Assembly (NCBI GenBank): GCA_021813125.1
Contig: JAKALT010000003.1
Location: forward strand, 7,800 to 71,799
Length of the DNA: 64,000 bases
Reading direction: 5' to 3'
From: a bacterium
Lineage (GTDB): Bacteria; Patescibacteriota; Microgenomatia; Curtissbacterales; GWA2-41-24
Shown here piece after piece: positions 44,205 through 53,941 of this stretch. The position numbers and the translations under genes were made by a program. The notes beneath the pieces were generated by a model. The model was not told the DNA's origin. It did no database searches and saw only the letters and a program-made list of their open reading frames with translations. Numbering within the stretch: the first letter of the stretch is position 1; each line of letters starts with the position of its first letter.

Positions 44205-44275
44205 AGGCCTGTCGTTCAGTGGTAGGACTTCGGTCTCCAAAACCGATAACGAGGGTTCGATTCCTTCCAGGCCTG
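44205..44275 (+). tRNA. tRNA-Trp (anticodon CCA)
   Basis: AGGCCTG-TC-GTTCAGTGGTAGGAC-T-TCGGT-CTCCAAA-ACCGA-TAACG-AGGGTTCGATTCCTT-CAGGCCT-G, with T-loop TTCGATT. Confidence 0.8.
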
Positions 44276-44294
44276 CATATTTTTAGAGTGAAAA

Positions 44295-45392
44295 TTAGTT
44301 TTGATTTTGAGCAGCAGCTACCAACTTCGCCTTATCTTCCGCAATCGCCAATCCGACACCCTTCAAACGAAAGGTATATTTGTGCCCCTCTTCAGAAACC
44401 AAACCACTGGAAAGATAGTCAATTACCCCGATTGGCTTTCTGTCTTCGTTACCCACTATTGCTTCCTGAAGAACTCTTAATCTTGCACTCACTTCATCAG
44501 AACCAATACTGGAATCATTCGGGTCCAGCAAATCGTAACCATAAGTATTTTTTACAAACGTCTGCAAAGCCTGAAACCCGAGAAGGTCACCGTCGTGGTA
44601 TATCTGATAGGCTATCAACTCATTCACGTACTTTTCTTGGAGGCTTGCGGCAAGTCTGGCCGAAGCGTCTAAATTCAAATCAGGGTCGTATCTTTGGTCA
44701 TGTTGAATTCGATAAGCCTTAACTTCATCGGGAGTCATTCCTTGGATGTTTGGATCGTCATCCGGGACAACTTTCAAATTTAAAGCTTCACCAGTCTTTG
44801 GCATCAACTGGCCAAAACCCGCCGCGCCTGCTTCTGATTCCGCAAACGGATCTCCGTGGCTTTCCATACCAATCATCTCAAAAAAAGTATCTTCATTAAT
44901 ATGATATTTGTCGGCATAGTGTTTTATTAGGCCTTCATACTTTCTTAGATTGTTCCAAGCCTCAGGGCTCATACTATCTTGGAAATTCTTCTTTTCGTTT
45001 TCTACTGCCGTATCAATAAGATCTTTCTGATCTTTTGTAACCACACCAAACTCTGTTCTGAAGGTTCCGTCTCCCAAGGGCACAATCTCTACTCCCATTT
45101 TCCCTGTCGACTTTGGGTTTGGGGCACTTAATATATCGTTGATCTTATTAAGTCCAGGAGTCATTGTATCGGCTAAATGACCAAACATCACTCCACCTTC
45201 TTGCCTTGCTGCTTCAACATGCCTCGCTACTGAGGTTGCATCTTCCGTAACTTCCTGCCTAGGGCTGTGCAAATTGGCAGCGCCCTTAGCCACCAAGCCC
45301 AAAACTGTCGCATAAGCAGTCGCTTTCGTTGCCGTTTTTATTGTTCTAAAACCTCTCGCAAGTCTTCCCTCTTTACCTTCACTTTCCGCCAT
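44295..45392 (-). CDS. lytic transglycosylase (SLT domain)-containing protein
   Basis: ESHGDPFAESEAGAAGFGQLMPKTGEAL matches the SLT catalytic motif pattern E-S-x-A-x-S-x-GA-x-G-LMQ. Confidence 0.55.
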   Translation of the reverse strand: MAESEGKEGRLARGFRTIKTATKATAYATVLGLVAKGAANLHSPRQEVTEDATSVARHVEAARQEGGVMFGHLADTMTPGLNKINDILSAPNPKSTGKMGVEIVPLGDGTFRTEFGVVTKDQKDLIDTAVENEKKNFQDSMSPEAWNNLRKYEGLIKHYADKYHINEDTFFEMIGMESHGDPFAESEAGAAGFGQLMPKTGEALNLKVVPDDDPNIQGMTPDEVKAYRIQHDQRYDPDLNLDASARLAASLQEKYVNELIAYQIYHDGDLLGFQALQTFVKNTYGYDLLDPNDSSIGSDEVSARLRVLQEAIVGNEDRKPIGVIDYLSSGLVSEEGHKYTFRLKGVGLAIAEDKAKLVAAAQNQN

Positions 45393-45443
45393 AACTTAAT
45401 TCTAACTTGAATCTGGAAAGTTTGCCAGGCATAATACTCCAAA

Positions 45444-46514
45444 ATGGCAAATTTCCAAAACGCCTTAAGCGATAAAAACTTGGACGCGGCAATTATCACA
45501 AACCCCGTAAACATACTCTATCTAACCGGATTTCAGGGAGTTTCTCCGACCGAACGCGAAGCAATTCTGATTGTTAGAAAATCCGCTCCTGCGGTTCTTA
45601 TAACTGCCAAACTTTACCAGGCCGAAGCCCAAAAGCTTAAATCGAAAGATCTTGATATAAAAATTACAGCAGAAAGGCCGGAAGTTGAAAAAGCCATTAA
45701 ATCCGCACTTTCAAAATCCAAAAGAATCGGCTTTGAGCAAGAAAACCTCACCTTTTCCGAATTCAAAAAATTTCAGAAGTTATTAAAAAGAAAATTAACT
45801 CCGGTAAAGGATTTGGTCGAAAATTTAAGAATTATAAAAAATGATAACGAAGCAGCCTATATCAAAAAAGCCCAACTTTTGACCCAAACGGTTTTTGACG
45901 AAATACTAAAAACAATAAAGGCCGGCCAAACCGAATCTCAAATCAAAGACACCCTGGAAAAAATCGCCAAAACCAAAAGCCGCGAGCCTTTGGCTTTTGA
46001 CCCAATCGTTGCCTCCGGCCCCAACAGCGCCCTTCCGCACTATAGAACAGGAAACCGCAAAATCAAAACAGGTGATGCTCTACTTTTCGACTTCGGCCTT
46101 AAATACAAAAACTACTGTGCCGATTTTTCCCGAACAGTTTTTGTTGGCAAAGCGCAAGATGAGCAAAAAAACATTTACACCCTTGTCGCTATCGCCCAAA
46201 AAGAAGCAATAAAAAAAATCAAGGCCAATGTCAGGGCAAAAGATGTCTATCTTGAAGCGTTTAATCTTTTCAAAACAAACAATCTTAGTGAAAACTTTAT
46301 CCACAGTCTGGGCCACGGCATTGGTTTGGAAGTTCACGAAAAACCTTCACTTTACAAAACCAGCAAGGACATTCTTGTTCCCGGTATGGTTTTTTCCGTA
46401 GAACCCGGGCTTTACATGCCATGGGGCGGCGTAAGAATTGAAGATTTGGCGACAATTCAAAACGGCCAAGGTAACGTAATCGGCTCGACTGCAAAGTTCA
46501 TAGAAATCATCTAA
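45444..46514 (+). CDS. M24 family Xaa-Pro aminopeptidase / prolidase
   Basis: HSLGHGIGLEVHEKP and the VEPGLY metal-binding motifs of the M24 pita-bread fold, plus an N-terminal creatinase-like domain. Confidence 0.8.
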   Translation: MANFQNALSDKNLDAAIITNPVNILYLTGFQGVSPTEREAILIVRKSAPAVLITAKLYQAEAQKLKSKDLDIKITAERPEVEKAIKSALSKSKRIGFEQENLTFSEFKKFQKLLKRKLTPVKDLVENLRIIKNDNEAAYIKKAQLLTQTVFDEILKTIKAGQTESQIKDTLEKIAKTKSREPLAFDPIVASGPNSALPHYRTGNRKIKTGDALLFDFGLKYKNYCADFSRTVFVGKAQDEQKNIYTLVAIAQKEAIKKIKANVRAKDVYLEAFNLFKTNNLSENFIHSLGHGIGLEVHEKPSLYKTSKDILVPGMVFSVEPGLYMPWGGVRIEDLATIQNGQGNVIGSTAKFIEII

Positions 46515-46536
46515 CCGCTGATGTAAAATGTCATAG

Positions 46537-46938
46537 GTGAATAAAAAACTCCAGGCGCTTATTGTTGCTGCTCTAATAATTGCAGCACTATTGATCTTAT
46601 ATTTGGCACTAGGCCACAAAAAAGTTGTTGCTCCGACAGTTAATAATCAACAAGCGCAAAACATTCTTCCAACTCCAACACCGCCAACATTTTCGGGCCA
46701 AGACGAAATTCTCAAAAACGCCCTTAACCTTTATTTAGAAAAGAAGCGCAAAGGGGTCGACATGGCAAATGGCCCATGCCTGGGAAAAATTGCCGACGAT
46801 TGGGTTTTGGATATAGCCCATAATCCCAAACAAGCTGTCGATAATAAACCTGAAAACCAGTGCGCCGACTATAAGGACGGCCGCGCACATCATTTCATCG
46901 AACTCGACCCGGACGGCAAGCTCATCAGGCAAAATTAA
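46537..46938 (+). CDS. hypothetical secreted / membrane-anchored protein
   Basis: 133 aa with an N-terminal hydrophobic segment (LQALIVAALIIAALLILYLAL). No family recognised. Confidence 0.4.
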   Translation: MNKKLQALIVAALIIAALLILYLALGHKKVVAPTVNNQQAQNILPTPTPPTFSGQDEILKNALNLYLEKKRKGVDMANGPCLGKIADDWVLDIAHNPKQAVDNKPENQCADYKDGRAHHFIELDPDGKLIRQN

Positions 46939-46976
46939 AAGTTGTCTTTTTTAAAAAAAACTGCCATCATTAAGTT

Positions 46977-47552
46977 ATGAGGCCGAAGCCGAAGCCTGGG
47001 TTTTTCCTACCTATCCCGATAATTGCCGTATTTGTAATTGTTGTGGGCGGCTTTTTTCTTATTCGATTACTTTGGAAATACACACCCGTTATAAATGCGC
47101 AAATTTCCGACAAATATCTGCTCCCCGGCGAAACCACTTCCAGCTCAATTTCCGACACCGGCAAATGGTTGACCCACACAAACAGCAAATACAACTACAC
47201 TATAAAGTACCCACAAATATTAAGCGGAAAATACAACTACGAAACAAATAATGATCTAATCCTTTCGCGGGAAAGATTTATCTCCAACAAAATCGATATC
47301 ACTTTAACTGTTTACAACAAATTCGACACAAAAGATTTAAAGGATGTAGACAAGGTTGGCACCAACGAATTCTTCTATTATAAAAACGATCTCGATGCCA
47401 AAGGAGTCGTTGTAAAACATAACAATCTCTTCTACGCCATCGAATTTACCCAAATAAATTACTTCACCGAAACCCCTTATTTTTCCAGCTCAACTCAATT
47501 TAAGGAAATCTTTGACCTAATCCTCAAAAACTTCCAGTTTAACGACCAATAA
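46977..47552 (+). CDS. distant paralog of the ANWKTY/ILSTFKF family
   Basis: N-terminal anchor, then TGKWLTHTNSKYNYTIKYPQ and C-terminal FDLILKNFQFNDQ. These parallel the ANWKTYTN..KYP and ILSTFKF motifs of the array genes. Confidence 0.45.
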   Translation: MRPKPKPGFFLPIPIIAVFVIVVGGFFLIRLLWKYTPVINAQISDKYLLPGETTSSSISDTGKWLTHTNSKYNYTIKYPQILSGKYNYETNNDLILSRERFISNKIDITLTVYNKFDTKDLKDVDKVGTNEFFYYKNDLDAKGVVVKHNNLFYAIEFTQINYFTETPYFSSSTQFKEIFDLILKNFQFNDQ

Positions 47553-47609
47553 TATAACCTACGCAAATCAAGCGCAAAGGTAAATTTATCAAAATCGCTA
47601 GGAATAAAT

Positions 47610-47873
47610 CTAGTTCTCTCGCGGAGCTTGAGGCCTTGCTTCTGAAACAAAGATCTTCCTACCGTCTACTTCTGTCCCGTTTATATCAGCAATTGCTTTT
47701 TTAGCCTCATCGTCTGAACTCATTTCTACAAATCCGAAACCCCGGGATCTGCCTGTCATTTTGTCCATCACGACATTGGCGTCAACAACTTTACCGACCT
47801 TTTCAAAAACAGCCCTCAGGCTGTCACCGGTCATAGCATACGGCAAGTTACCTACAAATAATTTCGCTGCCAT
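47610..47873 (-). CDS. RRM-type RNA-binding protein
   Basis: RNP-2 (KLFVGNLPY) and RNP-1 (RGFGFVEM) motifs in an 87 aa protein. Confidence 0.75.
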   Translation of the reverse strand: MAAKLFVGNLPYAMTGDSLRAVFEKVGKVVDANVVMDKMTGRSRGFGFVEMSSDDEAKKAIADINGTEVDGRKIFVSEARPQAPREN

Positions 47874-48077
47874 TTATAAAATTCGGCTGTGCAAAAAGCA
47901 CAAACCAAAAAGACTTAACTCACCTCCTTTTGCAAAAAATTCATTTCACTAATTTTCGGGAAAAAACATTAATTTAAGAAGACCTTGCGGCAATAACCTT
48001 ACTTTCTCTAACCTAAATTGTAAATTAACTATTAAGCACTTGTCAAACAATTTAGCCAAACACAAACGCGCTTCTGC

Positions 48078-48127
48078 AAAGGGCAGGCCTTAGCTAAGAC
48101 TATTCTATACAAAGGCCTTCCCTTAAC
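48078..48127. repeat. palindromic hairpin element copy (intergenic, imperfect)
   Basis: AAAGGGCAGGCCTTA...AAAGGCCTTCCCTTA. Confidence 0.5.
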
Positions 48128-48247
48128 TCAAGCTCAAAAACCGGACCTTTACCAAAGTTTGCCCGACCTTCCAAGCTCTAATCAGTTAACCTCTATTTTC
48201 CCTCTTGCAAAAGCCAAGCCTTTTTTGTAAATTCTAGGCGAGGTTAC

Positions 48248-48598
48248 GTGGTCAATGTAAAAAAATCCAAACTGATACTAAGTTCTCGTCCTAACCTTCT
48301 AACAATCAGGCCAAGCACACCGTACACCAAAATTCTTAAAAAAATCAACAAGAGTAAAGAACTGGATTTCATACATCTGGAAAAAGCCAACGCAACCCAG
48401 ATGGCGGCCGTGATAACCGCGCGGCTGATGGGCAAAAAATTTTACTGGATCCAGGAATTTGCCAACCCGCCGCAGGCTAGTATCATTACGCGCTTTCTCT
48501 TAACCCAGGCTGACAAAATTTTCGTTCACGACAGAGACGATGCTATAAAGCTCAAAAAATACGGGGTCAAACCCGGCCGCGTCCACTACGTAAAGTAA
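48248..48598 (+). CDS. hypothetical protein
   Basis: 116 aa ORF. No motif recognised. Confidence 0.3.
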   Translation: MVNVKKSKLILSSRPNLLTIRPSTPYTKILKKINKSKELDFIHLEKANATQMAAVITARLMGKKFYWIQEFANPPQASIITRFLLTQADKIFVHDRDDAIKLKKYGVKPGRVHYVK

Positions 48599-48626
48599 TT
48601 AAAAATTTTAAACTCAAAATTGAAAA

Positions 48627-49016
48627 TTAATCCAAAACTACCCAAGACCTTAAATCGCGCTTTGGAATTTCCGGCGCAATCAGAAGTTTGGAAACCGAAC
48701 GGATAAACATCAAAGTTACATAATTTACTTTTTCCCTTCGCTTCCAAAATGTTTCCGAAAGGCTAAGCATTTTTCCGTATTTCTTTTTAATGTCTTCCAA
48801 CTCTTCATGCCTGGGATGATCAAAATAAAAAACGCGGTCTACTATAAACTGCCCGACTATTTGCTCACCCGAAATTTTTATGTATACAGTGTCACCCACG
48901 GCAACCGCTAAAAACGGCACAATCCGAATTTGCGAAAATCGGCCTTCTATTTTCTTTTTTCCATCAAAAATTGCTTTTGCAGCTTCACTGTCAAAAACCG
49001 CCAAGTGCTTCGCCAT
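48627..49016 (-). CDS. hypothetical protein (possible ASCH-like beta-barrel)
   Basis: 129 aa. The assignment is weak. Confidence 0.3.
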   Translation of the reverse strand: MAKHLAVFDSEAAKAIFDGKKKIEGRFSQIRIVPFLAVAVGDTVYIKISGEQIVGQFIVDRVFYFDHPRHEELEDIKKKYGKMLSLSETFWKRREKVNYVTLMFIRSVSKLLIAPEIPKRDLRSWVVLD

Positions 49017-49083
49017 GCACCAAATTTTAGCCTATACCTATAAATTTGACTAGTGAATAGATTCTAAAGTAGAATGCCGCACT

Positions 49084-49491
49084 ATGAACGAGAGAAGAAT
49101 TCCGGCTGAAATTACCGATAGGGCTTCCGATATGATAACGGGAGTCTTGTGGGTATATAGTCCACCCAAACGAGTTCACACTTTATTCAGAGGACCAAAC
49201 AATAGTCTTGTAAGCGCTGAAGCAGGCCTACAAGAGAGTGAAGGCGGGGGTGTAACAGCAACTATAGATTGGGCAGGCATGACAGACAGCAACGTGTCAA
49301 TTGCAGAAATTGCCGATTTTCTAATAGAAAATTCACCAGAGACCGCATTACTTTGTAGTCGTGAGCTGGCTGACGAACTTGAAACATCATCAACACCTTG
49401 GATTAAGATGAATGATGGTGATTATCGTATTGAATTACGAGCGAAAGGTAATATAGAAGTCTTTGTCCCTACCCCAATACAACGTCCTTAA
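49084..49491 (+). CDS. hypothetical protein
   Basis: 135 aa ORF. No motif recognised. Confidence 0.3.
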   Translation: MNERRIPAEITDRASDMITGVLWVYSPPKRVHTLFRGPNNSLVSAEAGLQESEGGGVTATIDWAGMTDSNVSIAEIADFLIENSPETALLCSRELADELETSSTPWIKMNDGDYRIELRAKGNIEVFVPTPIQRP

Positions 49492-50341
49492 GATATTTGC
49501 TTAATTCTTCTTTTGTATCGTCGTGTTTCAGCCCATAATCCACCATTGCCTTTAAATAACTTGCTTTGGACCCGCAGTCATAATACTTGGCATTTTTTAA
49601 CTCTACTCCGTACACATCTTGTCTGGTTACAAGTTCATTTATTGCATCAATAAGCCAAATTTCGCCGCCCTTGGAAGGTTTTACATTCTCCAAAATTTCG
49701 AAAATCTCAGGGGTGAATAAATAATTTCCGTGGGTTGCTAAATCGCTTGGGGCTTCATCTTTTCCCGGTTTTTCGACAATCCTTTTTATCTTAAAAACAT
49801 TGCTTTCTACTGGTGATATATCTGCTATACCGTATTTGGAAATTTCCGCCTTTGGAATCCTGACTCCGGCAATTACGGAAGACCCGTGTTGTTCGTAAAC
49901 CTCCATCAGTTGACTCACAGCCGGCGGATCCGCTTCAAAAAACTCATCGCCCCACATAACTAAAAATGGCTCGTTACCTATTACATCCTTAGCAGTTAAA
50001 ACGGCATGACCATTCCCAAGCGCCTCTTTTTGTCTTACATAAACAAAATTCGTCAAATCCGAAATTCTTCTGATCTCTTCCAGAAGTTCTAATTTGCCGT
50101 CTTTTTCTAATCTGGCTTCCAGTTCAAAATGCTTGTCAAAATGGTCTTCAATCGACCTCTTATGCCAACCCGTAACAATTACAACCTGTTCTATGCCTGC
50201 AGCCGCACACTGCTCAACAACATACTGGATTACAGGTTTGTCGACTATCGGCAGCATCTCCTTGGGCATTGCCTTTGTAGCCGGAAGGAACCTGGTTCCG
50301 AAGCCTGCTGCCGGTATTACTGCTTTTCTAACTTTCTTCAT
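49469..50341 (-). CDS. galU: UTP--glucose-1-phosphate uridylyltransferase
   Basis: KAVIPAAGFGTRFLPATKAMPKEMLPIVDKPVIQYVVEQ is the GalU N-terminal signature. Confidence 0.8.
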   Translation of the reverse strand: MKKVRKAVIPAAGFGTRFLPATKAMPKEMLPIVDKPVIQYVVEQCAAAGIEQVVIVTGWHKRSIEDHFDKHFELEARLEKDGKLELLEEIRRISDLTNFVYVRQKEALGNGHAVLTAKDVIGNEPFLVMWGDEFFEADPPAVSQLMEVYEQHGSSVIAGVRIPKAEISKYGIADISPVESNVFKIKRIVEKPGKDEAPSDLATHGNYLFTPEIFEILENVKPSKGGEIWLIDAINELVTRQDVYGVELKNAKYYDCGSKASYLKAMVDYGLKHDDTKEELSKYLKDVVLG

Positions 50342-50488
50342 AATGGTAAGTGTAATTATCTCTCTATCGTTTTCTCAAATCAACAATCCATAAATCCTAA
50401 GTCATAAATCACATCTTAATTCTTGCTTCTTAATTCCAAATTCTGTTATTATTACCGCTAACCTTGACAATGGGAGGGAGATTTTTTA

Positions 50489-50683
50489 GTGGCATTTAAC
50501 CCGCTTACATATGTCAAAGAATCAAAAGCCGAACTGGAAAAAGTTATCTGGCCTACCCGCCAGGAAACTTTGCGCTTAACTTTGATAGTACTAATTGTTG
50601 CAGTCGTTGTCGGCGCTTATGTCGCCGGCCTTGACACAATATTTACTAAAATAACGGAAAGTATTTTAAAAGCGCGTCGATAA
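50489..50683 (+). CDS. secE: preprotein translocase subunit SecE
   Basis: 64 aa with a single TM ([18 protein letters not shown]), a preceding KVIWPTRQE motif, and a position immediately upstream of nusG. Confidence 0.7.
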   Translation: MAFNPLTYVKESKAELEKVIWPTRQETLRLTLIVLIVAVVVGAYVAGLDTIFTKITESILKARR

Positions 50684-50687
50684 AATT

Positions 50688-51530
50688 ATGGACGACCAAA
50701 ACGACAAAAAAATACAAGAAACAGAAACCGACGAGAATCCGCAGATTGCAGAGGGCGAAAACGCGGCTGAAGACCAAAATGCCGTTGAGCCCAACGAAGC
50801 AGGTCAGGAAACAGAACCCCGGGAACAGGAAGAACAAATAGCAGATTCCCCAACTGAAAGCACAGCCGAAACCGCCTCCGAGTCTGAGGCAGAAAAAGAA
50901 GCAGAAACAGTAAGTGAGCCAGAACAGGCGGAATCGGCAGAAGCCCCCAAAGCCGAGGAGTCTCCAGCAGTCGAAGAAAAACCTGCTCCCCAAAAACCAA
51001 AAATACCGGGTGCCAACTGGTACGTTGTCCACACTTACTCCGGTCACGAATCAAAAGTAGCAGCAACCCTAAAACAAAGAGTCGAATCCCAAAAACTTTC
51101 CGACAAAATCATCGATATCCTTGTCCCAACCCAGGAAAAAATCGAAATTAAAGAAGGCAAGAAAAACACCGTTAAAGAAAAAATTTTCCCGGGTTACCTT
51201 TTAGTCCACATGGTTCTGGACGACGCAACTTGGCTTGCTGTGCGCACAACTCCCGGCATAACCGGCTTTATAGGAACAGCCAATAAACCCACACCGCTCC
51301 CGGAAGACGAAGTCGAAACCATCAAACGCTTTATGAGCATGGAGGCTCCCAAATTTAAAGCCGCTTTTTCCGTTGGGGAAGCAGTCAAAATCACCGACGG
51401 TCCATTTTCCGAATTTTTGGGATCCATCTCCGAAATCGATGAAGAAAAAGGTAAACTCAAAGTTTTGGTTTCAATCTTCGGCCGCGAAACACCGGTGGAG
51501 CTAGATTTTCTACAAGTTGCCAAACTGTAA
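50688..51530 (+). CDS. nusG: transcription antiterminator NusG with acidic N-terminal extension of about 105 aa
   Basis: NGN domain ([15 protein letters not shown]) and C-terminal KOW ([25 protein letters not shown]). The N-terminal roughly 105 aa are Glu/Ala/Pro/Ser-rich low complexity. Confidence 0.8.
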   Translation: MDDQNDKKIQETETDENPQIAEGENAAEDQNAVEPNEAGQETEPREQEEQIADSPTESTAETASESEAEKEAETVSEPEQAESAEAPKAEESPAVEEKPAPQKPKIPGANWYVVHTYSGHESKVAATLKQRVESQKLSDKIIDILVPTQEKIEIKEGKKNTVKEKIFPGYLLVHMVLDDATWLAVRTTPGITGFIGTANKPTPLPEDEVETIKRFMSMEAPKFKAAFSVGEAVKITDGPFSEFLGSISEIDEEKGKLKVLVSIFGRETPVELDFLQVAKL

Positions 51531-51636
51531 ACTCAAGGTCATCAGCGCTCACCAACACCAAATTTTGGTATACCCCCAACCTGAGCACATCAAAAGCGAG
51601 AATTGATTATAGACTTCCAGATGTTAAAATATCGCC

Positions 51637-52455
51637 ATGCGATACCTAACAATAGCTTCGCTAAATACGTTCGGTGGAGTAATAAATTTAGTTGACTTAG
51701 CACAAAGGTACAAAACAATAGCCAACTATTTTGAAAATAAAAAGGTAGATATCATTAACTTTCAAGAAGTTTTTACTTACTACCACTTATATTTATTAAA
51801 TAAATGGCTTAAAAATTCTTATCCCTTTTGCACTTTTCAATATTCATATCTTGGGCCCAAAGGAGGACTTGTAACTTTCACAAAAGTTCAAACAACAAAA
51901 CACTACGCGAGTTACACTCGAAATTTTTCGACAGCCACCAAGGGGTCTAAATTAGAATTTTTAACCCAAAGAGGGATACTAATTTCAAAACTAAAAGACC
52001 TAAATATTACTATATTAAATACACACTTAACTGCAGTCCTAAACAACGATTGGTCAAAAGATAGTATTTATTTTTATGAACTAATGTCCGAAGTTAAACA
52101 ATTTCAGAAGGTTGTAAGAAACAACAAAAATAGTAAAGTGCTTATAGCATCTGGCGATTTCAATATTGCAAAGGATAGCGTTCTCTACCAAAAACTTATA
52201 AACATTCCGACTTTGTACGACCCATTCAAAAAGGACATTCTGCCTACGAGACACCAACATTTTTCAAAATTAAAACGTAAAACAAATTGTGTAGATTACA
52301 TATTCATAATTGGCAATACCAGTTTATATAAAGGTGAAAAAAAGAAATACATCTTCACACGCAAAACTCAGCTGCAAAATGGCAACGTGGATTATATTTC
52401 AGACCACATGGGAATTTACCTGAGAATCCACTTGGGTGGAAAAGCCTCCAGCTAA
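51637..52455 (+). CDS. endonuclease/exonuclease/phosphatase (EEP) family protein
   Basis: SLNTFGG...VDIINFQEV N-terminal pattern and a C-terminal SDHMGIY segment (the conserved SDH of EEP enzymes). Confidence 0.55.
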   Translation: MRYLTIASLNTFGGVINLVDLAQRYKTIANYFENKKVDIINFQEVFTYYHLYLLNKWLKNSYPFCTFQYSYLGPKGGLVTFTKVQTTKHYASYTRNFSTATKGSKLEFLTQRGILISKLKDLNITILNTHLTAVLNNDWSKDSIYFYELMSEVKQFQKVVRNNKNSKVLIASGDFNIAKDSVLYQKLINIPTLYDPFKKDILPTRHQHFSKLKRKTNCVDYIFIIGNTSLYKGEKKKYIFTRKTQLQNGNVDYISDHMGIYLRIHLGGKASS

Positions 52456-53238
52456 TCTCCGCGCAGATTCATATAACTTGAAGTCTTCCTCGTGTAAATC
52501 GTAAAACCGCCGCAAAAATTCACAACTATACTCTTGAGCTGACCTCTCAACGCCTGGTGACCTATTAAGCCACTTTGTTTTAAATGTTTTATTTTTATTT
52601 GCAGGCATCAATCCTTCTCGCTGCATGCAATCAATCATTCTGCCAATATATGTGTCAAGATCATCTGCTACTCCTACAACAGCGAAATCCCCAAGTGTCT
52701 TATCCGCCAATGCTTGAGTTTGATAATTGCGAAGCTCCGGTAAGAAAGCATAATCTTCAAAACTTAAATGCTGGCTAAAAGGCACTCTTACACGCCACTG
52801 TGTAGCACCTTTTGTTCTTCTCCAATGTGCATATTGCGACCGCATCCGCTCGAGTGGGTCTCTTATAACGATAACCGAGATAGGGTTAGCAATCTGACGG
52901 TCAAAACGGTCAGCAACAAAATGACCGTGGATAGCGGAAAAATCATCGGGCATCTCAGCTATTTGGATAGCCTTAGACTTCAAAACATTGTAGCTTAGCA
53001 ATAAGTATGCTCTATTCACAATATAGGCCAGTGGCGTCCTTGTAATTCCCAAGCGCAGCAAATCATGAGCGGGATGAGTGCGTTGAACCTTAAGGTCAAC
53101 GGCTCTTGATACGGTGTCATCAAGAGGATTATATACAAGCACTTTATCCTTACCCAAGGTCGATTCCAAAAAATCCTGCACAGAAGTACCAGCAGTTTTC
53201 TCAATATGAACACTTACAATACGCCTTTCCAAATTCAC
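52399..53238 (-). CDS. sulfotransferase-family protein (putative)
   Basis: N-terminal VHIEKTAGTSV resembles the 5'-PSB HIPKTGGTS motif of the sulfotransferase family. The rest is unassigned. Confidence 0.45.
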   Translation of the reverse strand: MNLERRIVSVHIEKTAGTSVQDFLESTLGKDKVLVYNPLDDTVSRAVDLKVQRTHPAHDLLRLGITRTPLAYIVNRAYLLLSYNVLKSKAIQIAEMPDDFSAIHGHFVADRFDRQIANPISVIVIRDPLERMRSQYAHWRRTKGATQWRVRVPFSQHLSFEDYAFLPELRNYQTQALADKTLGDFAVVGVADDLDTYIGRMIDCMQREGLMPANKNKTFKTKWLNRSPGVERSAQEYSCEFLRRFYDLHEEDFKLYESARRLAGGFSTQVDSQVNSHVV

Positions 53239-53275
53239 ATTAATATCCTATAATACCCGATATTATAAACTTAAC

Positions 53276-53941
53276 ATGGCCGAAAGACAAAACAATGAAA
53301 CCTTTCGACTGCCCAAAAGAAATATTAAAAACTGGTTGAGAGATAAACTTATAGTTGATCCGGAAAATTCGATGCGGCTGGTGTATCCACTTGCAAGTTT
53401 CATTCACGAAGAAAGACCGGATTACATACTTGCCATAGATTCAGGCGCCAGAATTGCAAGCCTGGCTTTGGTAGCACTTTACCACGAACTATATGGTGAA
53501 CTTCCTACAAAAGATCATTCAATTCATTTCAAAAAAGTTTCACATAGTTTCCCTTTTAGACTAGTTAAACGTCAGCTCCAAGGCGACGTTAAGCAAGCGT
53601 TAACTGCATGCGAAACCCCCCTGTTTTTTGTAATTGACGATTGTGTCAATACAGGATTAACCGCAGCTATGATTAGAAAAGCTATTTCACAATTATCCAA
53701 CGGCAGAATTAACGTGCGTTTTGGGGTAATGCGAGAATTCCTGGCGAGGGTAACAGACGTAAAAGGTGATACTTTTAGTTTAGCGCGGCCAACTTGGAGA
53801 AACAAGCAATCGCTAATCGGTGTCGAATATCTAGACGGGACAACCCCACAAGTGATTAGAAGTTCTGCAGCCTTAAATTTGAGAAGGCAAATACGCTCGA
53901 GCGCAACCCTATTTGCTGAAAAAATTAAGGGTAGCCAATAA
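53276..53941 (+). CDS. phosphoribosyltransferase-like domain protein
   Basis: PLFFVIDDCVNTGLTAAMI resembles the PRPP-binding motif of type I PRTases (VLLVDDVLTTGGT). Confidence 0.4.
   Translation: MAERQNNETFRLPKRNIKNWLRDKLIVDPENSMRLVYPLASFIHEERPDYILAIDSGARIASLALVALYHELYGELPTKDHSIHFKKVSHSFPFRLVKRQLQGDVKQALTACETPLFFVIDDCVNTGLTAAMIRKAISQLSNGRINVRFGVMREFLARVTDVKGDTFSLARPTWRNKQSLIGVEYLDGTTPQVIRSSAALNLRRQIRSSATLFAEKIKGSQ

Noticed and set aside
44219-44722. 167-aa ORF on the + strand
   Set aside because: It starts inside tRNA-Trp and runs antisense through the lytic-transglycosylase gene. It has no motifs and is judged spurious.
50646-51066. Two overlapping - strand ORFs (133 and 126 aa) and a 76-aa ORF
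   Set aside because: They lie antisense to the low-complexity acidic N-terminal region of nusG. They are open frames created by the GAA/GCA-rich repeats.
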